From Azolla caroliniana (lineage: Eukaryota; Plantae; Polypodiophyta): a DNA stretch of 64,000 nucleotides. Of the stretch, positions 1-12,452 are shown piece after piece. The notes under the pieces are model-generated. The model was not told the origin of the DNA and ran no database searches. It was given only the letters and a program-made list of their open reading frames with translations. Both the position numbers and the translations under genes were made by a program. Each line of letters opens with the position of its first letter. Position 1 is the stretch's first letter. Location of the stretch: positions 19,840,001 through 19,904,000 of the forward strand of contig JBHGNT010000003.1 of the NCBI GenBank assembly GCA_043228905.1, given 5' to 3'.

Positions 1-826
1 ACTCATCTCCGATGAGCCAGATGTTGAGGCCATCTGATTCGGTTTCAGTTGATAAGACTCTGTTCGGAGTTGACTAGGAACCTTCCTGGGGTGCAACCGG
101 TTGGCTCACCCGATATCGTTCCAGTCGGTCTTGAACCTGAGTCGGTTTGGTTTCGGATACTTGTTTACTGAACCTTCTTGGAGTGACTCCGGTTAGCTTC
201 CGATTGTATGCCGAATACTGGTCACAAGAAACTGATTGTTTAGGCCGATTTTGCTTCGGATGACTGCAACAATGAGAGGGATGGAGCCAATTGATCCTCC
301 CGAATGTCAATCAGCCGAATGAAGCACGAATTTGGTTGTTTCCTGGAGACCAATCTCAGGTGGTTACAATCATAGGAACAGAGTACAGCCGGCTAGCTTA
401 CGAGTTCCAATTAGTGATTTAACACAGTGAGATGCAGACTTCTTGTTTGTCTTCTCTCTTCTCTGTTCTTCAGGGGAAACAAAAACAGAATGGTGTGTGG
501 TGTACTATGATGGCCGGCAATGGGTTGAAGAACCTCCAACGCTCTGATACCAAATTTTGGGGACAAGGTCGTCAGTGCGGAAGAACAAACAACATTTGTG
601 ATGTTGAAGGACCTGTGTATGAGAATAAAACAAGATACACATAAAGAGAGAGAGAGAGAGAGAGAGAGGCACAAAGAAACGTTTTATTTCTTAATAGCAA
701 TAGTTACAAATGACAACCAACCTCCACTAAAGGTTACAAAGTCACTTTATATAGTGACTATCCTAGGGCAACTGCCCTTTATGCTATTTATAGAAATAGC
801 CCAAACTTGGGTTGTCCAAAGGGACA
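1..826 (-). mobile_element. 5' end of an LTR retrotransposon (tRNA-iMet PBS; LTR approx. 555-826) abutting the LINE endonuclease region
   Basis: GCTCTGATACCA at 541-552 is the reverse complement of the PBS TGGTATCAGAGC. The adjoining ~270 bp has (GA)n, a minus-strand TATAAATAG at ~784-792 and ends in GGGACA at 826, after which the LINE frame begins. The other end lies outside the window. Confidence 0.65.
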
Positions 827-1836
827 GTGTGAATACGGCCATTATACACTCGTATTTGACAGATTTATGCCCCCTAACCAAGCCACTCAAAGTATTGCAT
901 TATGCGCCTCACTCCTTCAAACCCTATGTGTGGGTCGTCTCGGATTACTTATGGGTGATTTTAACATGTGTGTTGATGCATCTCAATCTACATCTGAACA
1001 TTCAATCATGGATGATCCTGAGCAACTTGGTTGGGGTGCATTGGCTATGGAGGTTCTGAAGTTAGATGTTTGGACATGGTTGCATGGGAATGATCTAGGT
1101 TTTACTTTCCAATCCGCTCAACATAGACAAACATGGAGTTGGTTAGATAGAATGTATGTGATGCACAATGATTCTTTTTTACCGACATCACTTCGTATGA
1201 AAGTTCTACAAGATGTAGGAACTTCAAATCCCTTTCCTATTTGTTTGGAGGTTTGTAATCATGCAATTGACATGTATAAATCCTTACTTGGAAAGCCTCC
1301 ATTATGCTTTAACTCTTCTCTTTTGCTTCAACCTCACTTTGATTCTCTCATGGAGCAAATTTTGGTAAATTGTTCACAAGAAGTGAATCTTAAAGGAGTC
1401 AAAGCATGGGATATCATGTTACGAAACATTAAGATCATTCGTCGTATGTATGGAGTAACTAATGCTCAACGAAGAAGAGGTCTTCTTCGACAATTCTCAC
1501 AAGTTCTCTCCAAGTGAAGATGTGACAACTGAGGGATGGGCTCATAGATAATCAATGTTAATCTCATTTGTTTTTCCAAGCATTACATCCTACTTATGCT
1601 CGATCAAATGTGGTACATGTGAAACAAGGGGATGAATGGATAGTGGATCCTACTACAATAATTGACATATGACATATGTGTTCATTACTTTAAGGAGTTG
1701 ATTGGCCCACAATTGTTAATTAAAAATGAGGTGGGTAGAGCACGTCATGAGTTTTATGATGTGCTTGGATGTATTGTGCATGATCTCATTAGTCATGAAT
1801 TGGATGCGGATTTCATTGAGGATGAGGTGGACACAA
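827..1836 (+). pseudogene. LINE ORF2 apurinic-like endonuclease region
   Basis: ORF 807-1517 contains GDFN, GFTF and WLDRMY motifs of the EEP endonuclease; stops and deletions follow. Confidence 0.85.
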
Positions 1837-2166
1837 TGTTGTCCGCCGGAAGTGGACAAATGTAAATAACGCATGGGAAAGAAATGTATTATTATACTAG
1901 GAACGTTAAGTAACGCGTGCAATAGTTCACACAGGAAGCGTAACCGACTAAGCCCTGTGTATATAAAGGGCAGAAGAACAATGTAATAGCTAGCGCCTTT
2001 TTGAGCATAGTCATTAATAGAGTTTTGTCTTCTCTGATATTGTATCTCTTCTCTATTACCTGTTATCTCTGTGTGATTGCATAAGTGTAAGCATATAAGG
2101 TTAGTATGTGGTGCATAGTTACGCACAAGAGGAGCTCGGTTGAAGCCGTCTCCTGTTCACTCCCTT
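1837..2166 (+). repeat. 5' LTR of Gypsy-1, 3'-truncated (deletion removed LTR end, PBS and gag start)
   Basis: Aligns by eye with 11499-11828, then jumps directly into internal sequence. Confidence 0.85.
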
Positions 2167-3652
2167 GAGAAGGAATGGATGTCTGGTCGCCGACGTACTA
2201 GAGAACCCACTTGACAAGATCAACCACAGACCAGATATGTCACTCGATAGACAGAAGCATGCGCTACATGAAAACCTTGCCTCAGTGACCGCACCTCGTC
2301 TTCCCCAGAGGGTACGGTAGAATCCATGCTCAAGAAGCAAAGTGGCATCCGGCAGGAAGCCCTATCGCCACCGGATCAAGCTAGTGTTACAAAGTCTCAC
2401 AAACAACCCCATCCCGATAGCAACAACAGGCCTGGCATAACTGTCACAACTAGCATGGCTTTCTTGTATCCCCGTTTCAACGGCAAAACCAATGCTGAGA
2501 GCCACCATCGGTCGTTCCTCAACGTTTGGAACACTAATCACATGGCACAACGACTTCCGGAAGAGGAAGTGTACGCATTGAAGATTGCTAAGTTTGGAAT
2601 AACCTTGGATGATCGCGCTGCTTGTTGGCATTCCTAGCTTGATATCACATCGTTTGCGATGTTCGACCAGCTTCAATCGTCATTCTTGCGATTCTTCCAT
2701 CGAAGTGTCCCTCAATGCGAGATTATCGGCCAATTTTATCCCATCAAGCAGTCTCCAAAGGAATCCGTGGCGGATTTCTGTCTCCGATTTCAAAGCCTAC
2801 GGCGACAGCTCACACGCGTTCCGACAGACGACGAGGCTAAGGACACATTTTTGACAATGTTACAGCGATCTCTCAAGACTATGCGGACAACGTAGGGTGT
2901 AAAGGGCGAAACGGAGGATATGGTTATTGAGCGGGCATTACAGATTGAATTAGAAGATGAGGATGAAAGACTATCCATAGCATCGCTCTGACAAGCATTG
3001 CCCCAGGAGGAGGAGTATTGATTCCGCCGGGCAATTCAATGCATAATCTGCCTAAACTCAAGGCACTCCGCAGTGGATTGTAACATGCAGATACATTGCC
3101 CCATCTGCCATTCACGGGCACATACGGTGGACCAGTGCGAATATAATATGCTAAACAAGCCCACGCCGACAGTTCGTCGTATGGAACCACAATGGCAACA
3201 CTGCCGTAATAACCAAGGTAGGCAGGAGGAGTGTTACCGTAATACGGAATGAAACCAACGTACGAAAAAGTTGTACCATCATCGCCGCAACAATTACCCT
3301 GAGTCCGACAAAGAAGAGTAGGAAGAAGAAGATGATCGAAGCAACGACCGTTACAAGCGAGGGGGTCATCGTTATGATAATCGACGTCCTACCAACAATC
3401 GCGACGGGCAGGCTAAACCTCGGCGCCAGGCACGGGATCAACACCGTTACAAAGAAAGCTCTAAGGAGGAACGGCACCAAGAGCCTCACCGGGAATATCG
3501 CTAGAATCCCCGTAATCACAAGCGATTTCAGCAAACACGAGACGAGCAATCCGCACCCGGGGAAACCACCACAACTCCAGTAGTGGAAAAAGGGGAATCC
3601 AACGTACATTTCCTTGTGTGCCAACAACCAGGCCACTATGCGACGCAATGTC

Positions 3653-4115
3653 TGTTACCCGGCCGGCAAAGGAGCTAAGGACGGCAAAGACCAGGGTGTG
3701 AAAGGGGGAATTGTTATTTGGGAATCTGTTGAAATTACTAGTCTTAATATATATATCAATATAGGAGAAGATGTGGACGGACGGAATGGAATCAGTATGC
3801 CGATCCGGATCCGGACCGATCTCGAATAGGTGTCGGTTGGCACCATTTTGTACTTCGCACTGGTGACCAATATAAAGGCCCGGTTACAATGTAGTCATTG
3901 ACGGAGAGTAATATAAACCTTTTGTTAATCATTGAGTATTGTTCACCGTTCTGTGCTTATTGTATATCTTACGCGTGTTAATGACGTATTGCTAAGTAAC
4001 CGATTAAGGTCCAATTAAGCGTTGTGTCGTAAGTTATCTCGCCGTAACACCCTTTGGTGAAGTGTCTTAAGTGGACACCCTGTGTTAAGCTGTTGTCCGG
4101 CCCTAAGGATTAACA
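3653..4115 (+). mobile_element. Solo LTR (463 bp), TSD ATGTC, in the Gypsy-1 gag zinc knuckle
   Basis: TGTTA...TAACA termini. ATGTC at 3648-3652 and 4116-4120. Removal restores HYATQCPQRNKGKEP. Confidence 0.9.
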
Positions 4116-6868
4116 ATGTCCTCAGCGCAATAAAGGCAAGGAACCAACCGTGAATACCATCATGACGGATATCCAACAAGTCACAACACGCAACCAAGAG
4201 AAAAGCACAGAATGGGCAAAACAAGATGACATACGCAAGGCGGCCCAGGCCTGGGTGGAGAAAGCAAACACAGCCAACACAGAGTGAGTGAGGCAAGAAT
4301 CGGCGAGTGCCACCACATAGATCAACAATACGACGTTATCAGCAGACCCGATATGGCAAGCACTGGCAGAATGTGAGATCACATTGACCATGGATAAGCT
4401 TTTACGACTGGTTCCACGATTTCGACAGGTGGTAGAGAATCGTATGCGGGGTACCGACGGACTAGAAATCTCGTCCAATTTTATAGAACCCAATACCGGC
4501 CCAACAGTGGTAGACCACAATAACCCAGCCATCAAAGTGGTACTTCAGGGCCAAGAAATAACGAGATGCATTGTCAATGGTGGTTTCGGCATAAATGTCA
4601 TTAGTAAAACCACTTGTGCTAGGCTGGGCATTATAGACTGGGAAGCATGCCTATTCTGGCTCCAAATGGCAAACACCCGCTCCGTCAGACATTTAGGTTT
4701 AATTTAGAAGCTAGGGATCGTAGTCGATGGCCATCATTTTGAGATTTCTGCGATCGTCCTCACGCTGGACGCCCCAGGAGCATACCCAATTTTGTTTGGC
4801 TGACCATGGTTACGGTCTGCTAATATCAAGTAGAACTGGCAGCATAACTGCATCAGCTTTTGATGTGGGAGAAGCAAGGTCTGCGTACCGACGCAGGAAA
4901 CATTTGCATCGACCAAAGCTATAATGCAACTATAGGTTGAAGAAATTAATATATTGGAAGGTCTGGAGGATACAGAGCTTGAAGCATACCTTGACGAAAA
5001 CCTGCGGATAATACCATTATTCGAAATTGACGTCCTCGAGGCCGCTAGTGAGTACACCCCAAGAATAGGAATAGGAACCTGATCCCGAGTCTATGATGGA
5101 GCTAAGCAGAGCCCGAGAAGCGTTCGAGAAGGAAATGGAAATCTCACGAAGGGTTACCACGTCCGCATTGGACGAGATTAGTGATGGCACCACGGAGGTT
5201 CCCCAGTTGCTCTCAATCACTAAGGACCTAATGCCAAATGAGAAAACGGCCATGACAGAGCTGCTCCGGGAATTTAAGGATATCTTCGCATGGTCTCATG
5301 AAGATATGAAAGGGTTGGACCCGAAATTTTATCAACATAAGATTAACTTGGACATGGACGCGAAATCGCTATCGTATGAACCCAAATTACGCAGCCCATG
5401 TAAAGGAAGAAATTGATAAGCTCTTGAAAGCGGGGTTCATCCGATCAAGGCCACATGGTTGAGTCCAATAGTGGTGGTGCCAAAGAAAAATGGGAAAATA
5501 TGTGTGTGTGTCGATTATCGTAAATTAAACATCGTTACAATTACGGACGCGTTTCCCTTACCATTTATGGATCGCGTATTAAACGCAGTCACAGGCCATG
5601 ACATGTATAGTTTTTTGGATGGCTTTAGTGGATACAATCAAGTATGAATGCACCTAGACAATCAGGAGAAGATTGTGTTCGTCACAGACTATCATAGTGG
5701 TGGTCATGATGTTCGGCCTGAAGACGACCCCCGCCACGTTTCAAGGAACTATCACGGAAATCTTCGATGACTTTATACCTGCGTTTATGCAAGTCTTTCT
5801 CGATGACTTCGCAATATATGGGACGTGAGGAGAACATTTTAGCCATTTGCGGCGATGTTGGGAACGATGTCGTACCTCGCACCTTAGCCTTAATCCGGCT
5901 AAATGCGCATTCGGGGTCACCAATGGAGCTCTGCTTGGACACATTATGAGTAAGGAGGGGATTGCAGTAGATCCCAATAAAATTAAGGCTATCGTTGAAG
6001 CAAAAATTCCCAGTAACGCAAAAGCTCTCAATCGCTTTCTCGTGCAAATACGTTGGCACGGCCGTATGTTACGATACATGGCAGATTTCGCAACCCCCCT
6101 GCACGCCGTAGTACACTGTACTCCATTCAAATGGACGGCAACAGAAGATAAGGCGCATGAGGCACTCAAAGTAATGTTGACCCAAGGGCCCGTCGTACAA
6201 CCCCAGACTGGTCTAAATCATTCCACGTATTTATGGATGCCTCCGACATTGCAATCGGTAGCGCACTAATACAGCTCACTGAGCCGAGTTGGTACCGATC
6301 GGTATACTACTCCAGCCGTAAATTATCAGATGCAGAGCGAAATTATTCAACAACAGAGCATGAAGCCTTGGGGATGATTTATAGGGTAAACAAATTTTGA
6401 CATTACTTACTAGGGCAGAAGTTCACGTTTCATGTGGACCACGCGGCGCTACTCTACTTAGTCGAGAAGCAGGCGTTAACGGGGAAATTAGCCAGGTGGA
6501 TGCTGCTACTCCAGGAATTCACAATCCAACATCGATCGGGTACACAACACGTCGTAGCTGATTATCTAAGCAGACTAGATAACGGTGACAACGCAATAAC
6601 GCGAGACGATGATTTCCCTGACGCCGATATTTTGCGGATTGCGGCTATAGCGACACAAGACAAGAAGAGTTTTCTGGACCGGTGACTTCTTGACAACGGG
6701 ACTGCCACCACCACAGCTACGAATAGACGAAAAGAAAAGACTCGTAGTACAGAGCCACAATTTTTGCCTAGTTGAAGGACTCCTATATCATAAGGGGAGC
6801 TGTGGTATCCGGAGGCGCGGTATACGGCAAGAGGAGAAGGAAGTCGTTTTACTCAAAGCTCACTGCGG

Positions 6869-7591
6869 TGTCATAGTGTAGTCCGCACACTACGTGAAAG
6901 ATGTAAAAATAATATATCCGATTTAAGTACATATATATAAATAAAATAAAATATTAAAATATTTATTACATGCATAGGGCAGGATTCGAACCCTGTACCT
7001 CCATGTAAATAAACTAAAACTTTACCATTGTATTAACTTATCATAAGTGTTATAAATATAGATTTAATAGATATAAGACTTTATTAAAAACCTACCTTTA
7101 TTAAAAGGTAAATCATGCATTTTTAGAGTGCGTGAATACTTTATTTACAAGAAAAATATAAACCAATAAAAAAATACTCGTGCACATCTAGCGTGCATGA
7201 GCACTATATTTAGGAAATAAATGCATAGTGGAAAAAGCAACTCATGCAAATTTAGTGTGCATAAACACTTTAGAAAAAGCAGGAAGTTATGCTCAGTCTC
7301 TCCTATCCTTATATAAGGAGGAGAGAAAGATGTATATGGTTGTTGATTATTTTGTAAGTATTGACCAATATAATATATTCGTGGGATTCACGAATTTGTC
7401 ATCTAAATTGTCTCTTACTATCTAAATATTGATTAAATACACTAAACTCGTGGGATTCACGAGATTTATAACTTACCTCTCTTTCTACCTATTCATTACT
7501 AGCCTTATCTCATATTCTTCTTTCTCCTAGTCCAAAACCGCAGTGGTTCCCACCCAACTCACGCAACGATTCGGAGCCGAAAGGTACGACA
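6869..7591 (+). mobile_element. Solo LTR (723 bp) with 4-bp TSD GCGG/GCGA in the Gypsy-1 integrase
   Basis: TGTCATA...TACGACA termini. Removing it with a 4-bp duplication restores AHCGTAGGHYAG. Confidence 0.88.
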
Positions 7592-9852
7592 GCGAAACGG
7601 CAGGAGGCCATTACGCAGGAGACGTTACGGCTCAAAAAGTATGGCAAGTAGGCCTTTGGTGGCCAATTACGCAAAAAGATGTGTATCAATATTGTAAAGA
7701 GTGTGACCTCTGCCACTGCATGGACCAACCTACAGAGCTCGCATGGATGTTGCACCAGCCAGTGCTCCCGCTCCACCCCTTCCAGAAATGGGGTCTCGAT
7801 TTCATCGGCCCCTTTACTCTGGCAGCGGCACGAACAGGGAATAAATATATCTTAGTCGCCATGGATTATTGCACAAAATGGGTGGAAGCGAAAGCATTAC
7901 GGGATAACACCGCGGCATCAACGGCAAAATTCTTATACGAGCACATTTGGTGCCATTTTGGCTGCTCAATAGAACTCATAAGCGATCAAGGAAGCCATTT
8001 CCTAAATATGGTTATCCATGACCTCACACACCATCACGCCATAGTATATAAGAAGAGCACGTTGTATTATCCTCAAGCGAATAGATTAGCGAAATCAATG
8101 AACAAGACGCTACAGAATATCCTAAAAAAGATCATTAATGAGAATAGAACGGACTGGGACATTAAGCTACATAATGCCTTGTGGGCTTACCGCACGGGCT
8201 ACAAGACAAGTATACAATCAACTCCCTTCCTACTCGCGTACGGGCTGGAAGCCGTAATGCCCATTGAATTTCAGGTACCCAGCTTGCGTATTCAAGTCCG
8301 CGAAAGACTATCGGAAGGTTAGTCTGAACAGATACGTTTACAACAATTACTAGAGTTAGGCAAAACACGAGTCCAAAATATGGCAATCCTGGAACACGAG
8401 CAGAGACAGTGTAAAGCGTTCGTAGACCAACACCGAGGCACTAGTGAAAAACACTTCAAAGTGGGGAAAGCCGTTTTAGTCTGCCAAACCCGGATGGGCC
8501 AAATGCCAGGAAAATTACGATTCCACTAGACAAGGCCGTATTGGATAATAGGGGTGGAAAATGGAACCTTTCAATTAGGGACCCTTGCAGGCGAAATATT
8601 GCAGCAAAAAGTGAACAAGTTCCGCCTGAAGCCGTACTTCGGATCTATGCCACTGAATCCGTTTCACGCCGTAAAAGACGATATGGTCGTTCCTTCCACG
8701 CCAACCAATAGCCGGGACCCACTTGTAAGAAATGTAACAGTAATATTGTACTTTACCATTAAAAAAGGGGGGGGGGAGCTGGATCGCAAGGATGGTCGCA
8801 GATTGGTAAAGGATGCAGATGCACGGGTGGAAGATTGCGCGCGCCCACGGAGCCCACATCTACACTGGAGTTCATCTGCAAGTCGTAGCCAATTATAATG
8901 GCACAATCGCAACGTGGAAAAGGCGTGTTTACGGCATAAAGTGAAGTGTTGTACTATCCGGACATTCCGGATACAACCCATGAGTTCGACACATTGTTAC
9001 AATTCGGGACAACATATGAACTCATGGAATCCCTGGCGACACAGCAAATCAAGGTGTCCCAACGCATGGCCGAGGAGCACGCTGAACAACATATGATTGA
9101 GTGTGCACTAACACAGACAACGGAGAGAGAAGATGAGGGTCCACTAACGAAAGTGGGCTGGAAACGTAATGCAGGGGTTCAGCAGGTTGGAATTGAATTG
9201 CCTCCCTTGAATGCTGCCTTAGTGGAGGTTCATCGGGAGTTAGCAAAAGTGAGCCTGGGTGCCAAAGATATGGCAATAAAAAATAAAAATGTTTGGAAAA
9301 CAGTAAAAGTGACCCAAGAACAATTGAACAAGGCGCAGGAGCGCATCGCACAACTAGAGAACAATGTGGTTAGTACGCAACCCCCTCCGGCCCCTGCCCC
9401 GCACAACACAGAAGTTCAGATGCTAATGGAAGAGGTAAAGGCCCAAGCAGCACTCACAGCAAAGGCAAAAAGGGCTACGACGCTAGCCGAAACAGAGATT
9501 GACCGCCTCAAATTAGAGCTCTGCCAATCATCTAACAGAGAAGGAGACATTAGGGCGAAAGGATGCAAGGCAGTCAAAACACTTCAAGAAAAGCTCCATG
9601 TAGAGGTAGCGGCACATGGCCGAACAAAGGAAGAGAAGGAAAAGTTGCAGGAGGAAGCAAACAAAAAGGACGTCGTCATTATGGCATTATAGGAATTAGC
9701 ACAAAAGAAGGTTGTGTGGTATGAAGAGCAGCTCGCATATGAGCATGAACAAACCCACCAAGTCGAAATACGCCTAAATAATGAAATGGGCTGGCTCGAG
9801 GAACTACACTTGAAGGAGTCTCGAATCTGGGCACAGATGAAGACCCACTATG

Positions 9853-10552
9853 TGACGGGAACTCAAGGCTCCTTATGCACAACGCTCGGCCACAACCGAG
9901 CTTAGGATCATACACAGAAAATGGGAAACAAATGTACGCGACACAAAGGAGAGAAAAGGTACACAAAATGTTTACGTGGAAAACCCAAGGAGGGAAAAAC
10001 CACGGCAGCCCACAGGTTGCAAACTATCACTAGGATAGAATGTACAAACAGTGAGATCACAGAGGCAACGACCTCGTGCTCACGATCTTCGCCACAGGCG
10101 GCGGTTACAACAGAGGCAGCGACCTCTTTCTCTCTCTCTCTCTCTCTGTACACTGTTACGTGCTCTCTCTTCTTCTTGCACCAACAAAAAAAAATAACAA
10201 GAACTCACTACACATATTTGCCCTAAGTCATATTTATACTAATATGACTTTTCGGCTATTTACAAATATAGCCACGATGGGCTCTCAGAAACATATTTAC
10301 GAATATGTCTCTTCCTCCGGTTCTCACCGGGTCTGCGTCATCCGGCTCTCTGTAGCCGGGTGCTCCTCATCCGGTTCACACCAGGTCTGCACCATCCGGC
10401 TCTCCGTAGCCGGGTACTCCTCATCCGGTTCACATCGGGTCTGCACCATCCGGCTCTCCGTAGCCGGGTACTCCTCATCCGGTTCACACCGGGTCTGCAC
10501 CATCCGGCTCTTCGTAGCCGGGTACTTCTCTTCCGGTTTCGGCCGAGGCCGA
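9853..10552 (-). mobile_element. Solo LTR of the Copia-1 family, inverted, missing ~60 bp of its U3 start
   Basis: Reverse-complement similarity to 11994-12721, including the 54-bp repeats and (GA)n. Starts TGACGGG, the reverse complement of the LTR end CCCGTCA. Confidence 0.9.
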
Positions 10553-11001
10553 TAATTGAGAATCTGAAGAAGGCTCTAGAGGAGTCGCAAGCCCGCTCTC
10601 AAATATAGACGGACCGGATCCGTGTACTCCTCCAAACAAAGCAGGAACGGTTTACGGCGCAGATGCAAGAGCCTTGGACAAAGGTTGGCCCGAATGGGCA
10701 AAACAAGTAGCCGAACTCCACGCCTACCGAGCGGAGTGGGAAAATCGGCGCAAAGAAGGTAAAGGCTTCTATAAGGCTAAATGAAGAGAGCATCGCCATG
10801 GTACGAGAAGACCTAACGCAAGACGATCACGCGTTGGCCAACTGGCATGCAGAGGAAATACCTGGACAACTGTTGGAAGATTTCGGCGAAAGTCAGGAAG
10901 ATATCTTCCACCAGTTGTGCACGATCAAAAGTGAGCATCAAAAGGCGGAGGAATTGAAAAGGGTGGAGGCTATTACCGTATAGGACAGCGACTCCACGGA
11001 G

Positions 11002-11260
11002 CAAAACGAGCCTCCAACTAATCATAATGATGCTCCGAAGGTAACAGTCACACCGGAGGCCCCCACGCAAGAAACAGGCCCGGAACAGTCACACCTAGAT
11101 GTATGTCCACGCCCAGCGACAAAGCCGCCGCAAAATGAGCCTCCAACTGATCCTAATGACACCCCGAAGGTAACAACAACGTCGGAGGCCTCCATCCAGG
11201 AAACAGGCCGGGAAGAGTCACGCCCAGATGTCTGTCCATGCCCAATGACAGAGCCCCCAA
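11002..11260 (+). repeat. Two tandem 129-bp (43-codon) repeats within the extra ORF
   Basis: QNEPPT...KVT...QETG...DVCP units start at 11002 and 11131. Confidence 0.8.
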
Positions 11261-11498
11261 GAAATGATGTTTCCTTGCCCACAGATAGAGTTCCAACCGA
11301 GCCCACCACGGAGACGCCGGGAGAAGAGAACCATGCGGAAAATGATGCACCAGCAAAGCAAAACATCAGCAAGCTCACTCAAGTCACGCCAGCGAACGAT
11401 AACGCGCGATCGGAGTTGAACACTTTCGACATTTTGGATGATGACTAAGGAGAGGGTGGGTCCAACATGCCACAGCATTGTCCCACAACCGTGCCAGG

Positions 11499-11958
11499 TG
11501 TTGTCTGCCGGAAGCGGACAAATGTAAATAACGTATGGGAAAGAAATGAATTATTATACTTGGAGCGTTAAGTAATGCGTCCAACGGTTCACGTAGGAAG
11601 CGTAACTGACTAAGCCTTGTGTATATAAAGGGCAGAAGAACAATGTAATAGCTAGCGCCTTTTTGAGCATAATTGTTAATAGAGTTATGTCTTCTCTGAT
11701 ATTGTATCTCTTGTCTATTCCCTGTTATCTCTGTGTGACTGCATAAGCGTAAGCATATAAGGTAAGTATGTGGTGCATAGTTACGCACAAGAGGAGCTTG
11801 GTTAAAGCCGTCCCCCATTCACTCCCTTAGTAAATACACTCTAACAGTATAAGTCACTACGTCCAGCGGGCTACGTGTATCCCTACCCCCTTGCACCACA
11901 ATCACCTTGATACCTACCCTGAAGGACGAAGGGTAGGCCGTGTTCCTAACCGGCAACA
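11499..11958 (+). repeat. 3' LTR of Gypsy-1 (460 bp)
   Basis: TG...CA ends, TATATAAA box, followed by the TSD CACAA. Confidence 0.9.
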
Positions 11959-12067
11959 CACAATTTTAAGGCATCTTCCTGGTGGTAAGAGTCTGTTGGG
12001 AGACAGGTCCCTCCGGATGGGAAGAGAGAAGAACAGTGCCAATGAAGAAACTCGGCCGAGGCCGAAT

Positions 12068-12227
12068 CCGGATGAGGAGTACCCGGCTACGGAGAGCCGG
12101 ATGGCGCAGACCCGGTGAGAACCGGATGAGGAGTACTTGGCTACGGAGAGCCGGATGGTGCAGACCCGGTGAGAACCGGATGAGGAGTACCCGGCTACGG
12201 AGAGCCGGATGGTGCAGACCCGGTGAG
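12068..12227 (+). repeat. 54-bp tandem repeat (3 copies) in the Copia-1 LTR; also at ~16478-16637 and about 4 copies at ~10316-10535
   Basis: Unit CCGGATGAGGAGTACCCGGCTACGGAGAGCCGGATGGTGCAGACCCGGTGAGAA starts at 12068, 12122 and 12176. Confidence 0.92.
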
Positions 12228-12399
12228 GAATGCTCACTGGATGAAGAGACATATTCGTAAATATGTTTCCGAGAGTCCATCGAGGCTATATTTGTAAATA
12301 GCCGAAAAGTCATATTAGTATAAATATGACTTAGGGCAAACTTTTACTAACTGTTGTTGTTATTCTTGTTGGTGTAAGAAGAGAGAGCGCGTAACTGTG

Positions 12400-12452
<53 letters not shown>

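Larger units (their letters stand above)
2167..8750 (+). pseudogene. Gypsy-1 gag-pol (fragmented)
   Basis: Gag core and CCHC knuckles (~3040-3140, ~3610-3652); protease IVNGGFGINV; RT CVDYRKLN, LDGFSGYNQ, FLDDF; RNase H DHAALLYL; integrase GGHYAG, CDLC, WGLDFIGP, SDQGSHF. Many stops and frameshifts. Confidence 0.92.
8898..11448 (+). pseudogene. Extra ORF between Gypsy-1 pol and 3' LTR (~600 aa; coiled-coil-like with Pro/Thr/Glu-rich repeat tail), interrupted by a solo LTR
   Basis: ATG at 8898 is in frame with ORFs 8946-9692 and 9714-. After the solo LTR one frame continues through 10798-10983 and 11245-11448, broken only by single stop codons. Confidence 0.75.
1837..11958 (+). mobile_element. 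Ty3/Gypsy LTR retrotransposon (non-chromovirus-like) with an extra 3' ORF; TSD CACAA
   Basis: TGTTG...CAACA termini. CACAA at 1832-1836 and 11959-11963. LTR copies at 1837-2166 (truncated) and 11499-11958. Domain order gag-PR-RT-RH-INT. Confidence 0.93.

Noticed and set aside
3697-3716. Apparent PPT plus LTR start (GAAAGGGGGAAT-TGTTA)
   Set aside because: It lies inside the solo LTR whose true start is 3653, as fixed by the ATGTC TSD.
6972-7035. Functional tRNA gene
   Set aside because: No convincing acceptor or anticodon stems; kept only as a tRNA-like motif.
12068-12227. Regularly spaced repeats resembling a CRISPR array; repetitive ORFs (RVCTIRLSVAGYSSSGSH)n
   Set aside because: Head-to-tail 54-bp LTR repeats with no unique spacers and no cas genes, in a eukaryotic context. 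The ORFs are by-products of a unit length divisible by 3.
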